From Senegalimassilia sp. (GTDB lineage Bacteria > Actinomycetota > Coriobacteriia > Coriobacteriales > CADBOM01), in NCBI GenBank assembly GCA_963661535.1, contig CAVLCC010000004.1:1-58693 (forward strand): a stretch of DNA of 58,693 nt, read 5' to 3'. The translations under genes and the position numbers were made by a program. Positions 27,924-37,412 of this stretch are shown here, piece by piece (within the stretch, counting starts at the first letter, position 1; every line of letters starts with the position of its first letter). The notes below the pieces were generated by a model, which saw nothing but the letters and a program-made list of their open reading frames with translations, had not been told where the DNA came from and searched no databases.

Positions 27924-29921
27924 ATGATAAATAATAAACAAAAGATTAAGACCAAATTATGTAGGTGTGCATTGAGTATAGGGTGTATGTTTATCCTTAT
28001 GTTATCAATGTGCATACAACCGATTGCACAAGCGTACGCGGTATCAATTCCGGATATGTCGGACGCAACCTTATCTTCTATGGATTCTCAAAAATACCCC
28101 GATATAGCACAACTTCCAGTAACACTTTATGACTATGGAGCAGAAGTAGATGGCACATGGATTAGTAAAGATCCATCTGTATTAAATAGTGGCATAGATT
28201 ATGCAAAGTCTTGGTCAACAAGCACTGTTGATATTCCTGCAACTATGCGTTTTTGGGATGTATCGTGGGGCAATTGGCTAACACCTGGAAATCCAAGCTC
28301 ATTTTTAGCAGATGATGGCGACACCCTAAAAGGTGGAATTTTTAGATGGGGCATGTTTGAGAAGAACTTCTCAAACTGGTCGGATATCATTGCTGTTCCA
28401 TCGCGTGATTTATTTGGCAAAGATCAATCTAGCTGCACATATAACGGCACATGTTTTAAAAAGGTATACAACGATGTGATGATGGATTTTAGCTATAACC
28501 GAGACTCAAATATCTATCATTATTCGTCTAACGAATCTATGTCGGATTTTAGTGATGGCAAAAATTTGTTAAAACAAGAGCGCGGCGCAGGAGATAGTGT
28601 TGGATTTTGGCCATTTGGTGAAAAAGAAGTTCATTTTGGAATGAGTATGGATTTTGACTTTTATCTACCAAGTCAAGAATATTTGAACAATAACGAATAT
28701 TATTTTGCATTCTCTGGAGATGATGACCTAGTAGTTTATGTAGACGATAAGTTGACGCTCGACCTAGGAGGAGCTCACTCCCCAGTTCCAGGATATATAG
28801 ATTTTGCAAATGAGATTGTTGTATATGGAACTACTTGGTCGCAAGGTCAGATGGAATCATTTGAAGCAAGCGTAGCAAATTCTGGAATTGAGATGCATAG
28901 AGATGGCTTTGATGAAGCAGGAGTTAATTGGAATAGGGAGACATTTGGATATGTAACATTTGATGAACTTGGAATTGATCTTGAACCTCAATCAGAACAT
29001 AATTTTAAAGTTGCATATTTGGAGCGTGGTGGCGATGGCTCTAATTTAATGATCGAAATGAATATGGAAATTCAAGCCAACGTTGACTATAAGATTGTAG
29101 GAGACAATGTTCCAGATTCTAGTCTTACAGATCCAGTTCCTGTAGAGGAACAAACCTATAATCTCTACGACCAATATAGTGCAAAGCCTGCGTTGCAAAC
29201 AAAAGACGAGGGTTATTACTTTATGGGTTGGTATACAGACGAAGATTGCACGCAAAAATGGGTTGATGGATCTATGCTTACTTCTGCGCAAACCACGTTA
29301 TATGGAAAGTGGATAAAGCCTGAAGTTATAAAGTCATCTGATCCTGAGTCGGGAACTGAAGTTTCGCTTGGGCAAACTATCTCATATGAAGTTGAGTATA
29401 CCAACACCGATAGCGCAGAGCAAAAAGTTATTATCACAGATGCAATTCCGCAGCATACAACCTTAGTTGAGGGTAGTGTTAAATGTGAGCAAGACGCAAC
29501 TTCTTTGGCAGGTAAGATAGATCTTGATTTGGTTAAAAATGGTTCGGGCGTTGTTTGCGCTACATGGGATAAGGTTTTGCCAAATAAAAGTGTAAAGCTT
29601 TTGTTTGATGTAAAAGTAGATGAAGATGCTGCAGATAAAACCGTAGAAAACAGAGCAAACATTGGAATTAATGACGGTCAGGTTTCGCTTACTTCTAATA
29701 TCGTAGAACATGAGGTTACTCCAACTGTTGCACAAGTTGTTAGTTCAGAAGACCCCCAAGATCCTGAAGTTAAAGATAATGGTTCTGCAACAAAAGGTTA
29801 TGTTCCAAAGACAGGTGACTTTTTTGTTGCAATAGTTGGTCTGCTCCTTGCAAGCGTTGGCTGCGGAATTGCATTTTTGCTAAAAGCTTTGGTTAGACAT
29901 AGGCATATTTTTGAAAAATAA
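27924..29921 (+). CDS. Sortase-anchored surface protein (PA14/fibro-slime-like domain, Listeria-Bacteroides B-repeat, TIGR01451-like repeat domain, VPKTG anchor)
   Basis: AGGAGG SD. Signal peptide ending AQAYA. YYFAFSGDDDLVVYVDDKLTLDLGGAHS is a GDDD..DLGG.H fibro-slime/PA14 signature. YYFMGWYTDEDCTQKW...TLYGKW is a B-repeat. GQTISYEVEYTNTD...ITDAIPQHTTLVEGS. C-terminal VPKTGD, hydrophobic helix and RHRH tail. Confidence 0.85.
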   Translation: MINNKQKIKTKLCRCALSIGCMFILMLSMCIQPIAQAYAVSIPDMSDATLSSMDSQKYPDIAQLPVTLYDYGAEVDGTWISKDPSVLNSGIDYAKSWSTSTVDIPATMRFWDVSWGNWLTPGNPSSFLADDGDTLKGGIFRWGMFEKNFSNWSDIIAVPSRDLFGKDQSSCTYNGTCFKKVYNDVMMDFSYNRDSNIYHYSSNESMSDFSDGKNLLKQERGAGDSVGFWPFGEKEVHFGMSMDFDFYLPSQEYLNNNEYYFAFSGDDDLVVYVDDKLTLDLGGAHSPVPGYIDFANEIVVYGTTWSQGQMESFEASVANSGIEMHRDGFDEAGVNWNRETFGYVTFDELGIDLEPQSEHNFKVAYLERGGDGSNLMIEMNMEIQANVDYKIVGDNVPDSSLTDPVPVEEQTYNLYDQYSAKPALQTKDEGYYFMGWYTDEDCTQKWVDGSMLTSAQTTLYGKWIKPEVIKSSDPESGTEVSLGQTISYEVEYTNTDSAEQKVIITDAIPQHTTLVEGSVKCEQDATSLAGKIDLDLVKNGSGVVCATWDKVLPNKSVKLLFDVKVDEDAADKTVENRANIGINDGQVSLTSNIVEHEVTPTVAQVVSSEDPQDPEVKDNGSATKGYVPKTGDFFVAIVGLLLASVGCGIAFLLKALVRHRHIFEK

Positions 29922-30025
29922 GATGCGCAAAAACCTATAGAATAAATAAGTAACTTTAATATTGTACACGCAAATTTTGCATATATAAATTTTACTTATA
30001 AAAACTATAAGAGAGGAAAGCGCAA

Positions 30026-31363
30026 ATGGGCGTTAAGGCACCACGTGGAACAGAGGATCTTTTGGCTGATAGTTGGCTTGCATGGAATGAGATGCAGCTA
30101 ACCGCTAGAGACGTGTTTTCAAAATATGGATACAAAAATATGAGCACACCTATGTTTGAGCAACAAGATGTGTTTGTTAGAGGCATAGGGCAATCTACAG
30201 ATGTTGTGGACAAAGAGATGTTTCATGTGTTGTCAAAAGATGCGTTTGCTAAGGTTTCGCAAGATATTCCTCTAAAAGATGCGCAAAATTTGTCGCTTAG
30301 ACCAGAAGGCACTGCAGGTGTGGTTAGGTGTGCAATAGAGCATAATCTAATCCCTCAAGGTGGGGCTGCTGCAAAACTAATGTATGCAGGTCCTATGTTT
30401 AGATGTGAGCGTCCTCAAAAAGGTAGACTTAGGCAGTTCCACCAAATTGGAGCTGAATGTTTGGGAGCTGACGACCCAACAACAGATGCCGAGATGATTG
30501 TTATGTTGGTTCAGTTCTTTGAAAAGATGGGAATAAAGCGAGATTCGATTAGATTGTTAATTAACTCTATGGGAGATGATGAGTGCAGACCGGCTTATCG
30601 CGAAAATGTGCGTGAGTATATTCATGAACATAGCACCGAGCTATGCGATGAATGTAACAGAAGGGCAGATATAAATCCACTCCGTGCCTTTGATTGCAAA
30701 AATGAGAAGTGCGCTTCTATTATGGATAAGGCTCCTAAGATTTCTGATAATCTTTGTGGCGAATGCAAGAGTCATTATGAGACAGTGAAGAGATATCTTG
30801 ACCTTGCGGGTATTTCATACATAGAGGATTCAAAACTTGTAAGGGGACTAGACTACTACACCAGAACTGTTTTTGAGGTTCAAGTAATAGATGGCTTGGG
30901 TTCTCAAAATGCTATTGGCGGAGGAGGCAGATACGATAAGCTTATGCAGGTTATGGGCGGAAAGCCAACTCCTGGAATTGGGTTTGCACTTGGATTTGAG
31001 CGCACATTTTTGGCATTGCAGGCAGCAGGCGTTAGTTTTGAAGAAAAACCAGCATGTGGCGTATATGTTGCTGTTGTAGATAGACAAAGTAACAAGTGCA
31101 ACGATGCTGCCTTTAAGATTGTGCAAGCCCTAAGAGATGCAGACATTAGTGCTGATCAGGATCATCAGATGCGGTCTTTGAAGTCTCAGTTTAAGCAAGC
31201 CGACAAAGTGGGTTGTCAATTTGTTGTGGTTGTAGGTCCTGATGAATTATCGCAAGATAAAGTTGTTTTGCGCAACATGCAATCTCATGATGAATCTCAG
31301 GTCTTTGTTAAAGACGTTGCGTCAGAGGTTTTGAGCAGATTGCAGGATAGGGCTATAGGATAA
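30026..31363 (+). CDS. hisS: Histidine--tRNA ligase
   Basis: Motifs GTEDLL, LRPEGTAGVVR, GPMFRCERPQKGRLRQFHQ and GGGRYD, followed by a C-terminal anticodon-binding domain. Confidence 0.95.
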   Translation: MGVKAPRGTEDLLADSWLAWNEMQLTARDVFSKYGYKNMSTPMFEQQDVFVRGIGQSTDVVDKEMFHVLSKDAFAKVSQDIPLKDAQNLSLRPEGTAGVVRCAIEHNLIPQGGAAAKLMYAGPMFRCERPQKGRLRQFHQIGAECLGADDPTTDAEMIVMLVQFFEKMGIKRDSIRLLINSMGDDECRPAYRENVREYIHEHSTELCDECNRRADINPLRAFDCKNEKCASIMDKAPKISDNLCGECKSHYETVKRYLDLAGISYIEDSKLVRGLDYYTRTVFEVQVIDGLGSQNAIGGGGRYDKLMQVMGGKPTPGIGFALGFERTFLALQAAGVSFEEKPACGVYVAVVDRQSNKCNDAAFKIVQALRDADISADQDHQMRSLKSQFKQADKVGCQFVVVVGPDELSQDKVVLRNMQSHDESQVFVKDVASEVLSRLQDRAIG

Positions 31364-31450
31364 TTGCCACCGACTCAAAACATAGTGCATAACACACGCA
31401 AAACGCGCATGTATGTGCGATAATTCAAAAGGCAAGTTATAAATTTTACA

Positions 31451-31488
31451 AAGACTCGCCAAAATAAGATGCGAGTCTTTGTTTGTCT
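31451..31488 (+). terminator. Rho-independent terminator after hisS
   Basis: 9-bp stem aagactcgc / gcgagtctt with an 11-nt loop, followed by tgtttgtct. Confidence 0.65.
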
Positions 31489-31533
31489 ATGCAAATTGTA
31501 TTAAAACATAAGTTGATAGGAGAGAGTTAGATA

Positions 31534-33309
31534 ATGTCGGATTTAAACAAGTACTCAATGCACACTCATACATGTGGAGAGTTGAGTGCCGACAACATTG
31601 GTGAAGAGATAAAACTCACTGGCTGGGTTGCCAGAAGACGCGATCATGGCGGATTGATTTTTGTAGATCTTCGCGATAGAGATGGATATGTGCAGTGCAC
31701 TTTTGACCCAGATTATTCTGGCGATGCATTTTCGCTTGCAGAAAAAATTAGACCCGAGTGGACAGTTCTAATTGGAGGCAAAGTAAGGCATAGACCAGAC
31801 GATACCGAAAATGACTCTCTTTCAACAGGTGCAATAGAGATAGAAGCCACTTCGATGCAAGTGCTAAGCGAGTCAAAAACTCCTCCTTTTGCAATGGAAG
31901 ACGGCATCGATACAGATGAGATTACAAGAATGCGCTGGCGCTTTTTAGACATTAGGCGTCCAGAGGTTCTAAATGCTCTAAAGCTTCGCTCCGATATTAC
32001 TAGAGCTATGCGAAATGCTCTGGGTGACAGAGGCTTTATGGAGGTAGAGACACCTATCTTGGGCAAGTCAACTCCTGAGGGTGCTCGCGATTTTATCGTT
32101 CCAGCAAGACAAGCTCCTGGAAAGTTTTATGCACTTCCACAATCTCCTCAGCTATTTAAGCAACTTTTGATGGTTGGTGGAGTTGAGCGCTACTATCAGG
32201 TGGCACGTTGTTTTAGAGACGAGGACTTGCGTGCAGATCGTCAACCAGAATTTACACAGCTCGATATTGAGATGAGCTTTGTAACACAAGACGACGTTAT
32301 GCAAATGATGGAAGACGTTATGCAAGAAGTCTTGCAAACAGTGGGGGTAGAGCATGAGTTTCCGCTCCAAAGAATTTCTTGGAAAGACTCCATGGATCGC
32401 TTTGGAAATGACCGTCCAGATGTGCGCTTTGGAATGGAACTAGTTGACCTAACAGACATTGTAAAGGGCTGTGGCTTTAAGGTTTTTTCGGGTGCAATAG
32501 AAAATGGCGGAGTTGTTAAGGCTATAAATGTTAAGGGTGCAGGAGATTGGTCTCGAGGAGAGATAGACAAGCTCGGAGCTGTTGCTGCAGATAATGGTGC
32601 TAAAGGCATGGCTTGGATTGCCTTTACATCTGGTGGAGATGAGAAGTCTCCAATTATCAAGTTCTTTGATTATGATATGTATGCTCAAATTAAACAAGCA
32701 TGCAACGTGGAACCAGGAGATTTGGTACTTTTTGCTGCCGATACTTACGAGGTTGCAAGTGCAGTTTTGTCGGCTCTAAGGCTTCATACTGCAGACCTCC
32801 TAGGAATTGAGCGCAAAGGTCATGCGCTTTTGTGGGTAGTAGACTTTCCTATGTTTAAGTATGACGAAAAAGAAAATCGTTACAGTGCAGAGCACCACCC
32901 TTTTACTCGCATAAAAGACGAAGATGTAGATAAAATTGAAGATGCTCCTCTAGAGTGTGGAAGCTACTCATATGACATCGTTATGGACGGATTTGAAATT
33001 GGTGGTGGAACCATTCGTATTCACACTCCAGAAATGCAAAAAAGAGTTTTGCGTCGCCTTGGCTTATCAGACGAAGAAATCGAAGAGAAATTTGGATTTT
33101 TGTTAGAGGCTCTATCTTATGGTGCACCTCCTCATGGAGGCATTGCTCTAGGCTTAGACAGAGTATGTATGCTCCTCGGAGGTTTTCAGTCTATTAGAGA
33201 TGTTATTGCCTTCCCCAAAACCTCAAGTGGTGCAGATCCTATGACGGGAGCTCCAGGTGAGGTATCCTCTAGACAACTAAAAGAGGCTAATATATCAATT
33301 AGGTCATAG
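31534..33309 (+). CDS. aspS: Aspartate--tRNA ligase
   Basis: N-terminal OB-fold domain. Class II motifs FRDEDLRADRQPEFTQLD and GGIALGLDR. 591 aa. Confidence 0.95.
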   Translation: MSDLNKYSMHTHTCGELSADNIGEEIKLTGWVARRRDHGGLIFVDLRDRDGYVQCTFDPDYSGDAFSLAEKIRPEWTVLIGGKVRHRPDDTENDSLSTGAIEIEATSMQVLSESKTPPFAMEDGIDTDEITRMRWRFLDIRRPEVLNALKLRSDITRAMRNALGDRGFMEVETPILGKSTPEGARDFIVPARQAPGKFYALPQSPQLFKQLLMVGGVERYYQVARCFRDEDLRADRQPEFTQLDIEMSFVTQDDVMQMMEDVMQEVLQTVGVEHEFPLQRISWKDSMDRFGNDRPDVRFGMELVDLTDIVKGCGFKVFSGAIENGGVVKAINVKGAGDWSRGEIDKLGAVAADNGAKGMAWIAFTSGGDEKSPIIKFFDYDMYAQIKQACNVEPGDLVLFAADTYEVASAVLSALRLHTADLLGIERKGHALLWVVDFPMFKYDEKENRYSAEHHPFTRIKDEDVDKIEDAPLECGSYSYDIVMDGFEIGGGTIRIHTPEMQKRVLRRLGLSDEEIEEKFGFLLEALSYGAPPHGGIALGLDRVCMLLGGFQSIRDVIAFPKTSSGADPMTGAPGEVSSRQLKEANISIRS

Positions 33310-33567
33310 AGCTGTAGTCTATTCTATATTTATGATTGTTATAATAAAGACGGTTGCAATTGCCTTATGTGTTGCGAGGTAATGCAACCGTCCGTTGTTA
33401 GTGGGAGTTTATAACGTTTAACTAAAACACAATCTCTGTTTTAGATTTATCTATATTATGTAAAATGTATGGAGAAAAATATTATTTTACTTTTCGTATA
33501 AAGTTGGTTTGAAAAAATAAATTTATGAGCAAATAGAAGGTATGCAAGAAAATATAGGATAGTTATT

Positions 33568-34872
33568 ATGACGGAGAACAATAACTCTAATGATTTTAAC
33601 AATTGGAGCCAAAAATTGCCTCAGGTTGGCAATGATGAACGTACAAGAAATAGGGATATAAATTCAACTCATAGAACCCAAGCTGGAGGGTATGGAAGCA
33701 ATCGCATCAATGCTTCACGTCACGAAGGCGGTCAAACAGATCCGAGAAGGGTTTCTCGCTACGCTAATCAAGAAAATAGAAATGCGAGATATTCTGATTC
33801 GCGCCAGCGCACCACGCGCAATCCGCATAACTCACAAAATACAAGAAGCGCACAAAGACCCAGACCACAGGGTTACAATCCGCATTCGCAATACGGAGGA
33901 ACACGTCCACGCAATCCACATGCGCAAGCTACGCCGCAAGGGCGCAGTCCTAGACGCGATGAATATCAAAATCAAGGGTCGCAAAGTCAGCTAAAACAAA
34001 AACTGTCTAAACTAAATATCGATCCTAGAATTTTGGGAATCGTATGTGTTATATGTGTTGTTGTGGTAGGGGTTCTCTTCATAGGAGCTCTAGGACAAGC
34101 GTCTGTTAATAATCAGGAAGCAAGTGCAGATTCTCAAGAAATAGATCCAGAGCAAGTCGTTAACCAAGAACAATCAGCTTCTACGCAAGAAACAAACGTT
34201 AATGCAGTAGATCCAAATAATGTTCCTGGATCATCAAAATCTTCTGACGAGAAGGTGGTTTATCTAACTTTTGATGATGGCCCTTCAGAGCTTACTCCAC
34301 AAGTTTTGGATATTCTAGACAAATACAATGCTAAAGCCACATTTTTTGTTGTTGGGCATAGCGAGGAGCATTTTTATTTGATAGCAGAAGAGGCAAAGCG
34401 CGGGCACACTGTTGGAATGCATACCTATACACACGACTATGAGCAGGTTTATGCATCTGACGAAGCTTATTTTGATGACCTAAACAAGATCTCACAGGTT
34501 GTTAAAGATCAAATTGGTTATGTGCCAGCCTATATTAGATTCCCTGGAGGATCTTCAAATACGGTTTCTGCCAAATATTGCAGTGGAATTATGTCGCGCT
34601 TGGTTGATTCAGTTCACGAAAAGGGATTTCAGTATTACGACTGGAACGTGAGTTCTGGAGATGGCTCCACAATAACCACAGATGCAGAGATTGATGCATC
34701 CATTGGACACGACGACTTTAATAATATAGTTTTGCTATGCCATGATTCTGCTACAAAGCAATCCACAGTTGAGGCTCTTCCGTCTATAATTGAATACTAT
34801 CAACAACGTGGATATGCATTTAAGGGAATAGACAGATCCACGTTTGATGCACACCATACTCCACAAAACTAA
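33568..34872 (+). CDS. Polysaccharide deacetylase (NodB/CE4) with a disordered basic N-terminus and one TM helix
   Basis: NodB motifs LTFDDGP and HTYTH. TM helix ILGIVCVICVVVVGVLFIGAL. The first ~140 aa are an R/N/Q/H/P-rich low-complexity region. Confidence 0.85.
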   Translation: MTENNNSNDFNNWSQKLPQVGNDERTRNRDINSTHRTQAGGYGSNRINASRHEGGQTDPRRVSRYANQENRNARYSDSRQRTTRNPHNSQNTRSAQRPRPQGYNPHSQYGGTRPRNPHAQATPQGRSPRRDEYQNQGSQSQLKQKLSKLNIDPRILGIVCVICVVVVGVLFIGALGQASVNNQEASADSQEIDPEQVVNQEQSASTQETNVNAVDPNNVPGSSKSSDEKVVYLTFDDGPSELTPQVLDILDKYNAKATFFVVGHSEEHFYLIAEEAKRGHTVGMHTYTHDYEQVYASDEAYFDDLNKISQVVKDQIGYVPAYIRFPGGSSNTVSAKYCSGIMSRLVDSVHEKGFQYYDWNVSSGDGSTITTDAEIDASIGHDDFNNIVLLCHDSATKQSTVEALPSIIEYYQQRGYAFKGIDRSTFDAHHTPQN

Positions 34873-34966
34873 ACAACAATAACTCACAAGCAAACGCGCA
34901 TTTGAGTTTTTATATACAACATAAAGCACAGCGTTAAAACAAACATAAGAGATAAGGGAAATTTTT

Positions 34967-35473
34967 ATGGAAAAAAGCACTTATGATTCGATGATGACTT
35001 GGCTGGGTCAACGCCCGCAGTTAGCAAGAGGACTTTCTTTAACAAACAAAGCAATTACAGGACTGGTTTATATTGCTTATCCTGCGTTGATTATATGGAT
35101 GGCATGCACAAATAATCCTGAGCTTTTGAGAGCCATTCTTGTTCCAGTAATCTCTTTTGTGCTAGTCACACTAGTGAGAAATTTGCTTAATTCGCCGCGT
35201 CCATACGAGGTATTTGACAGAAAATCCATCATGCCCAAAAAAACAAAGGGCAAGTCTATGCCTAGTAGGCATGTGTTTTCTATAACCATAATTGCTATGA
35301 CATATTTTGCGGTTTTCCCAACTCCTATAGTTGGAATTGTGCTGTTGGTTGTTAGCGTTGTCTTAGCAGTGATAAGGGTTGTAACTGGAGTTCACTTTAT
35401 AAAAGATGTTGTTTGTGGAATTATAATTGGTGTTGTATGTGGAATTTTAGGATTCTATGTAATTTTGGTTTAA
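34967..35473 (+). CDS. PAP2-family phosphatase (membrane)
   Basis: Acid phosphatase motifs NSPRP, PSRH and GVHFIKD in a 4-5 TM protein of 168 aa. Confidence 0.8.
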   Translation: MEKSTYDSMMTWLGQRPQLARGLSLTNKAITGLVYIAYPALIIWMACTNNPELLRAILVPVISFVLVTLVRNLLNSPRPYEVFDRKSIMPKKTKGKSMPSRHVFSITIIAMTYFAVFPTPIVGIVLLVVSVVLAVIRVVTGVHFIKDVVCGIIIGVVCGILGFYVILV

Positions 35474-35537
35474 TGTGTGAATAGTTAGAACAAGCCACCC
35501 CGCACTTAAAGCTGCACGATAAATCAACATCATAATT

Positions 35538-35586
35538 AAAACCCCGTGTTGAATTGCGAGTCGCATAAAACACGGGGTTTTGTTTT
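35538..35586. terminator. Bidirectional terminator between the PAP2 gene and putP
   Basis: 13-bp arms aaaaccccgtgtt / aacacggggtttt with an A-tract on one side and a T-tract on the other. Confidence 0.75.
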
Positions 35587-35687
35587 AGGATAAAGAGCTG
35601 AAGAGCTCGTTGTTCATCTAACTTTCATACAAGTTTTATATTAAAGCCAGATGGCAAGCAAACCTTAAAGTCATCATACCAACGCCT

Positions 35688-37265
35688 TTAGTTTTGAGCT
35701 GGCTCCCAATCGTCATCCATATAATGATCAAAGACCTCAAGAACTTCATCTGATGGAGGAGCAGTTAGCTTGCTCACAATAACATTTACTGCAAGTGCCA
35801 ACAAAAATGCTGGTAAAAGCTCATAAATAACAAATATTCCTCCAAAGCTAGCTTCTAAGATATTCCAAATAATAACTGTTAGTCCACCTGTGATCATGCC
35901 AGCAATTGCGCCTTGAAGATTTGCTCGTCTCCAAAATAGTGCCAGTAGAGTGATAGGACCAAATGCAGCACCAAAGCCTGCCCATGCATACGACACAATT
36001 GTAAAGATAGAAGAGTTTGGATCGCTTGCAATCAACATTCCAAATACAGTTACGATAACAAGAGCAACGCGGCTCACAAACATTATTTGCTTATCAGATG
36101 CTTCTTTGTTAAACACACCACGATAGATATTGTCTGCAACAGAGCTTCCTACAATAAGAAGATAAGAGTCAGAAGAACTCATGGTTGCAGCAAAAATTCC
36201 AGATACAACTATGCCGGTTAAAAATGCTGGAAGCAACATCTTAGACACTGCAATAATGATTGTTTCTGCATTGCTTGCTGTTAGGAGCTCTGTGGGGATA
36301 AGTGCGCGTCCTAGCAGACCTACGCTAATTGCTAATGTAAGCGATATAACGCACCATATAATTGCAATGCGTCGTGACTTTTTGATGTTGTCTGGATTGT
36401 CGATGCCCATAAATCTAACTAGCACTTGTGGAACTCCAAAATATCCCAAGCCCCAAGATAGAGTAGAGATAATTGTAATCAAACCAAAATCAGCAGCTTC
36501 GCCAAATACAGGTTTTCCTCCTACTACTTGTTGGAGTCCATTGACATCGAGCACTGGAGTTGCTTGCTGCGTAGCACTCAAAAATCCAGGAATGTCTGAC
36601 AAAAATGCAACTGCGTTATTTAATCCACCAACCGAGGTTACAGTTCCTATAAAAACAACAATCACAGCAAAAAACATTAATATGCCTTGAATGAGATCTG
36701 TTGTGCATACTGAGAGGTAGCCGCCTGAGAATGTGTAGATAAATACAACCAGTGCACCCACAATCATCATGACTCCATAGTCAAGACCAAACACGCTAGA
36801 AAAGAGTTTGCCGCAAGTTGCAAAGCAGCTTCCAACATAAACAGACAAGAACAGCAATATAATTAGTGCCGACACAGTCATCAAGATATTTTTAGTATCG
36901 CCAAAACGGTTGGAATAAAAGGCAGGAACAGTGATTGCATTACCTGCTTTTTCAGAATATTTTCTCAGGCGTTTTGCAACCAAGAGCCAGTTGAGATAAG
37001 TGCCTATTGCAAGACCAATTCCTGTCCACATAGCCTCGCTTGCGCCGCAAAAATATGCGATGCCAGGCAATCCCATGAGCAGCCACCCACTCATGTCTGA
37101 CGCCTCAGCCGAAAGAGCTGTGACCCAAGGTCCTAGCTGTCTGCCTCCCAAAAAGTAATTTTCGGATGATTCGTTTGATCGCTTTGCAAAGTAAAAGCCA
37201 ACTATCAACATGCCAATTATGTAGGCAGCAATTACCACTAAGATAATCATGTCGTTTGAACTCAT
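35688..37265 (-). CDS. putP: Sodium/proline symporter (SSS family)
   Basis: GGRQLGPWVTALSAEASDMSGWLLMGLPG is the PutP-type signature. About 13 TM segments, 525 aa. Confidence 0.85.
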   Translation of the reverse strand: MSSNDMIILVVIAAYIIGMLIVGFYFAKRSNESSENYFLGGRQLGPWVTALSAEASDMSGWLLMGLPGIAYFCGASEAMWTGIGLAIGTYLNWLLVAKRLRKYSEKAGNAITVPAFYSNRFGDTKNILMTVSALIILLFLSVYVGSCFATCGKLFSSVFGLDYGVMMIVGALVVFIYTFSGGYLSVCTTDLIQGILMFFAVIVVFIGTVTSVGGLNNAVAFLSDIPGFLSATQQATPVLDVNGLQQVVGGKPVFGEAADFGLITIISTLSWGLGYFGVPQVLVRFMGIDNPDNIKKSRRIAIIWCVISLTLAISVGLLGRALIPTELLTASNAETIIIAVSKMLLPAFLTGIVVSGIFAATMSSSDSYLLIVGSSVADNIYRGVFNKEASDKQIMFVSRVALVIVTVFGMLIASDPNSSIFTIVSYAWAGFGAAFGPITLLALFWRRANLQGAIAGMITGGLTVIIWNILEASFGGIFVIYELLPAFLLALAVNVIVSKLTAPPSDEVLEVFDHYMDDDWEPAQN

Positions 37266-37412
37266 GTTTTCTCCACTTCAAAAAAGGAATTTTGCACAAT
37301 GTCTTAGTTTATATGTTTTTATTGTGAAGAATGTTGTTGGATTAGTCTTTGTTGATAAGACGCGGTGTCTTATCGAGATACGGCGCAAGAGCTGCGCATA
37401 ATTAAGCGTCTG

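Noticed and set aside
29922-31533. T-box leaders upstream of hisS or aspS
   Set aside because: The hisS upstream spacer is only about 100 bp. The hisS-aspS spacer contains a simple terminator but no recognisable T-box (AGGGUGGNACCGCG-like) sequence or specifier-loop architecture.
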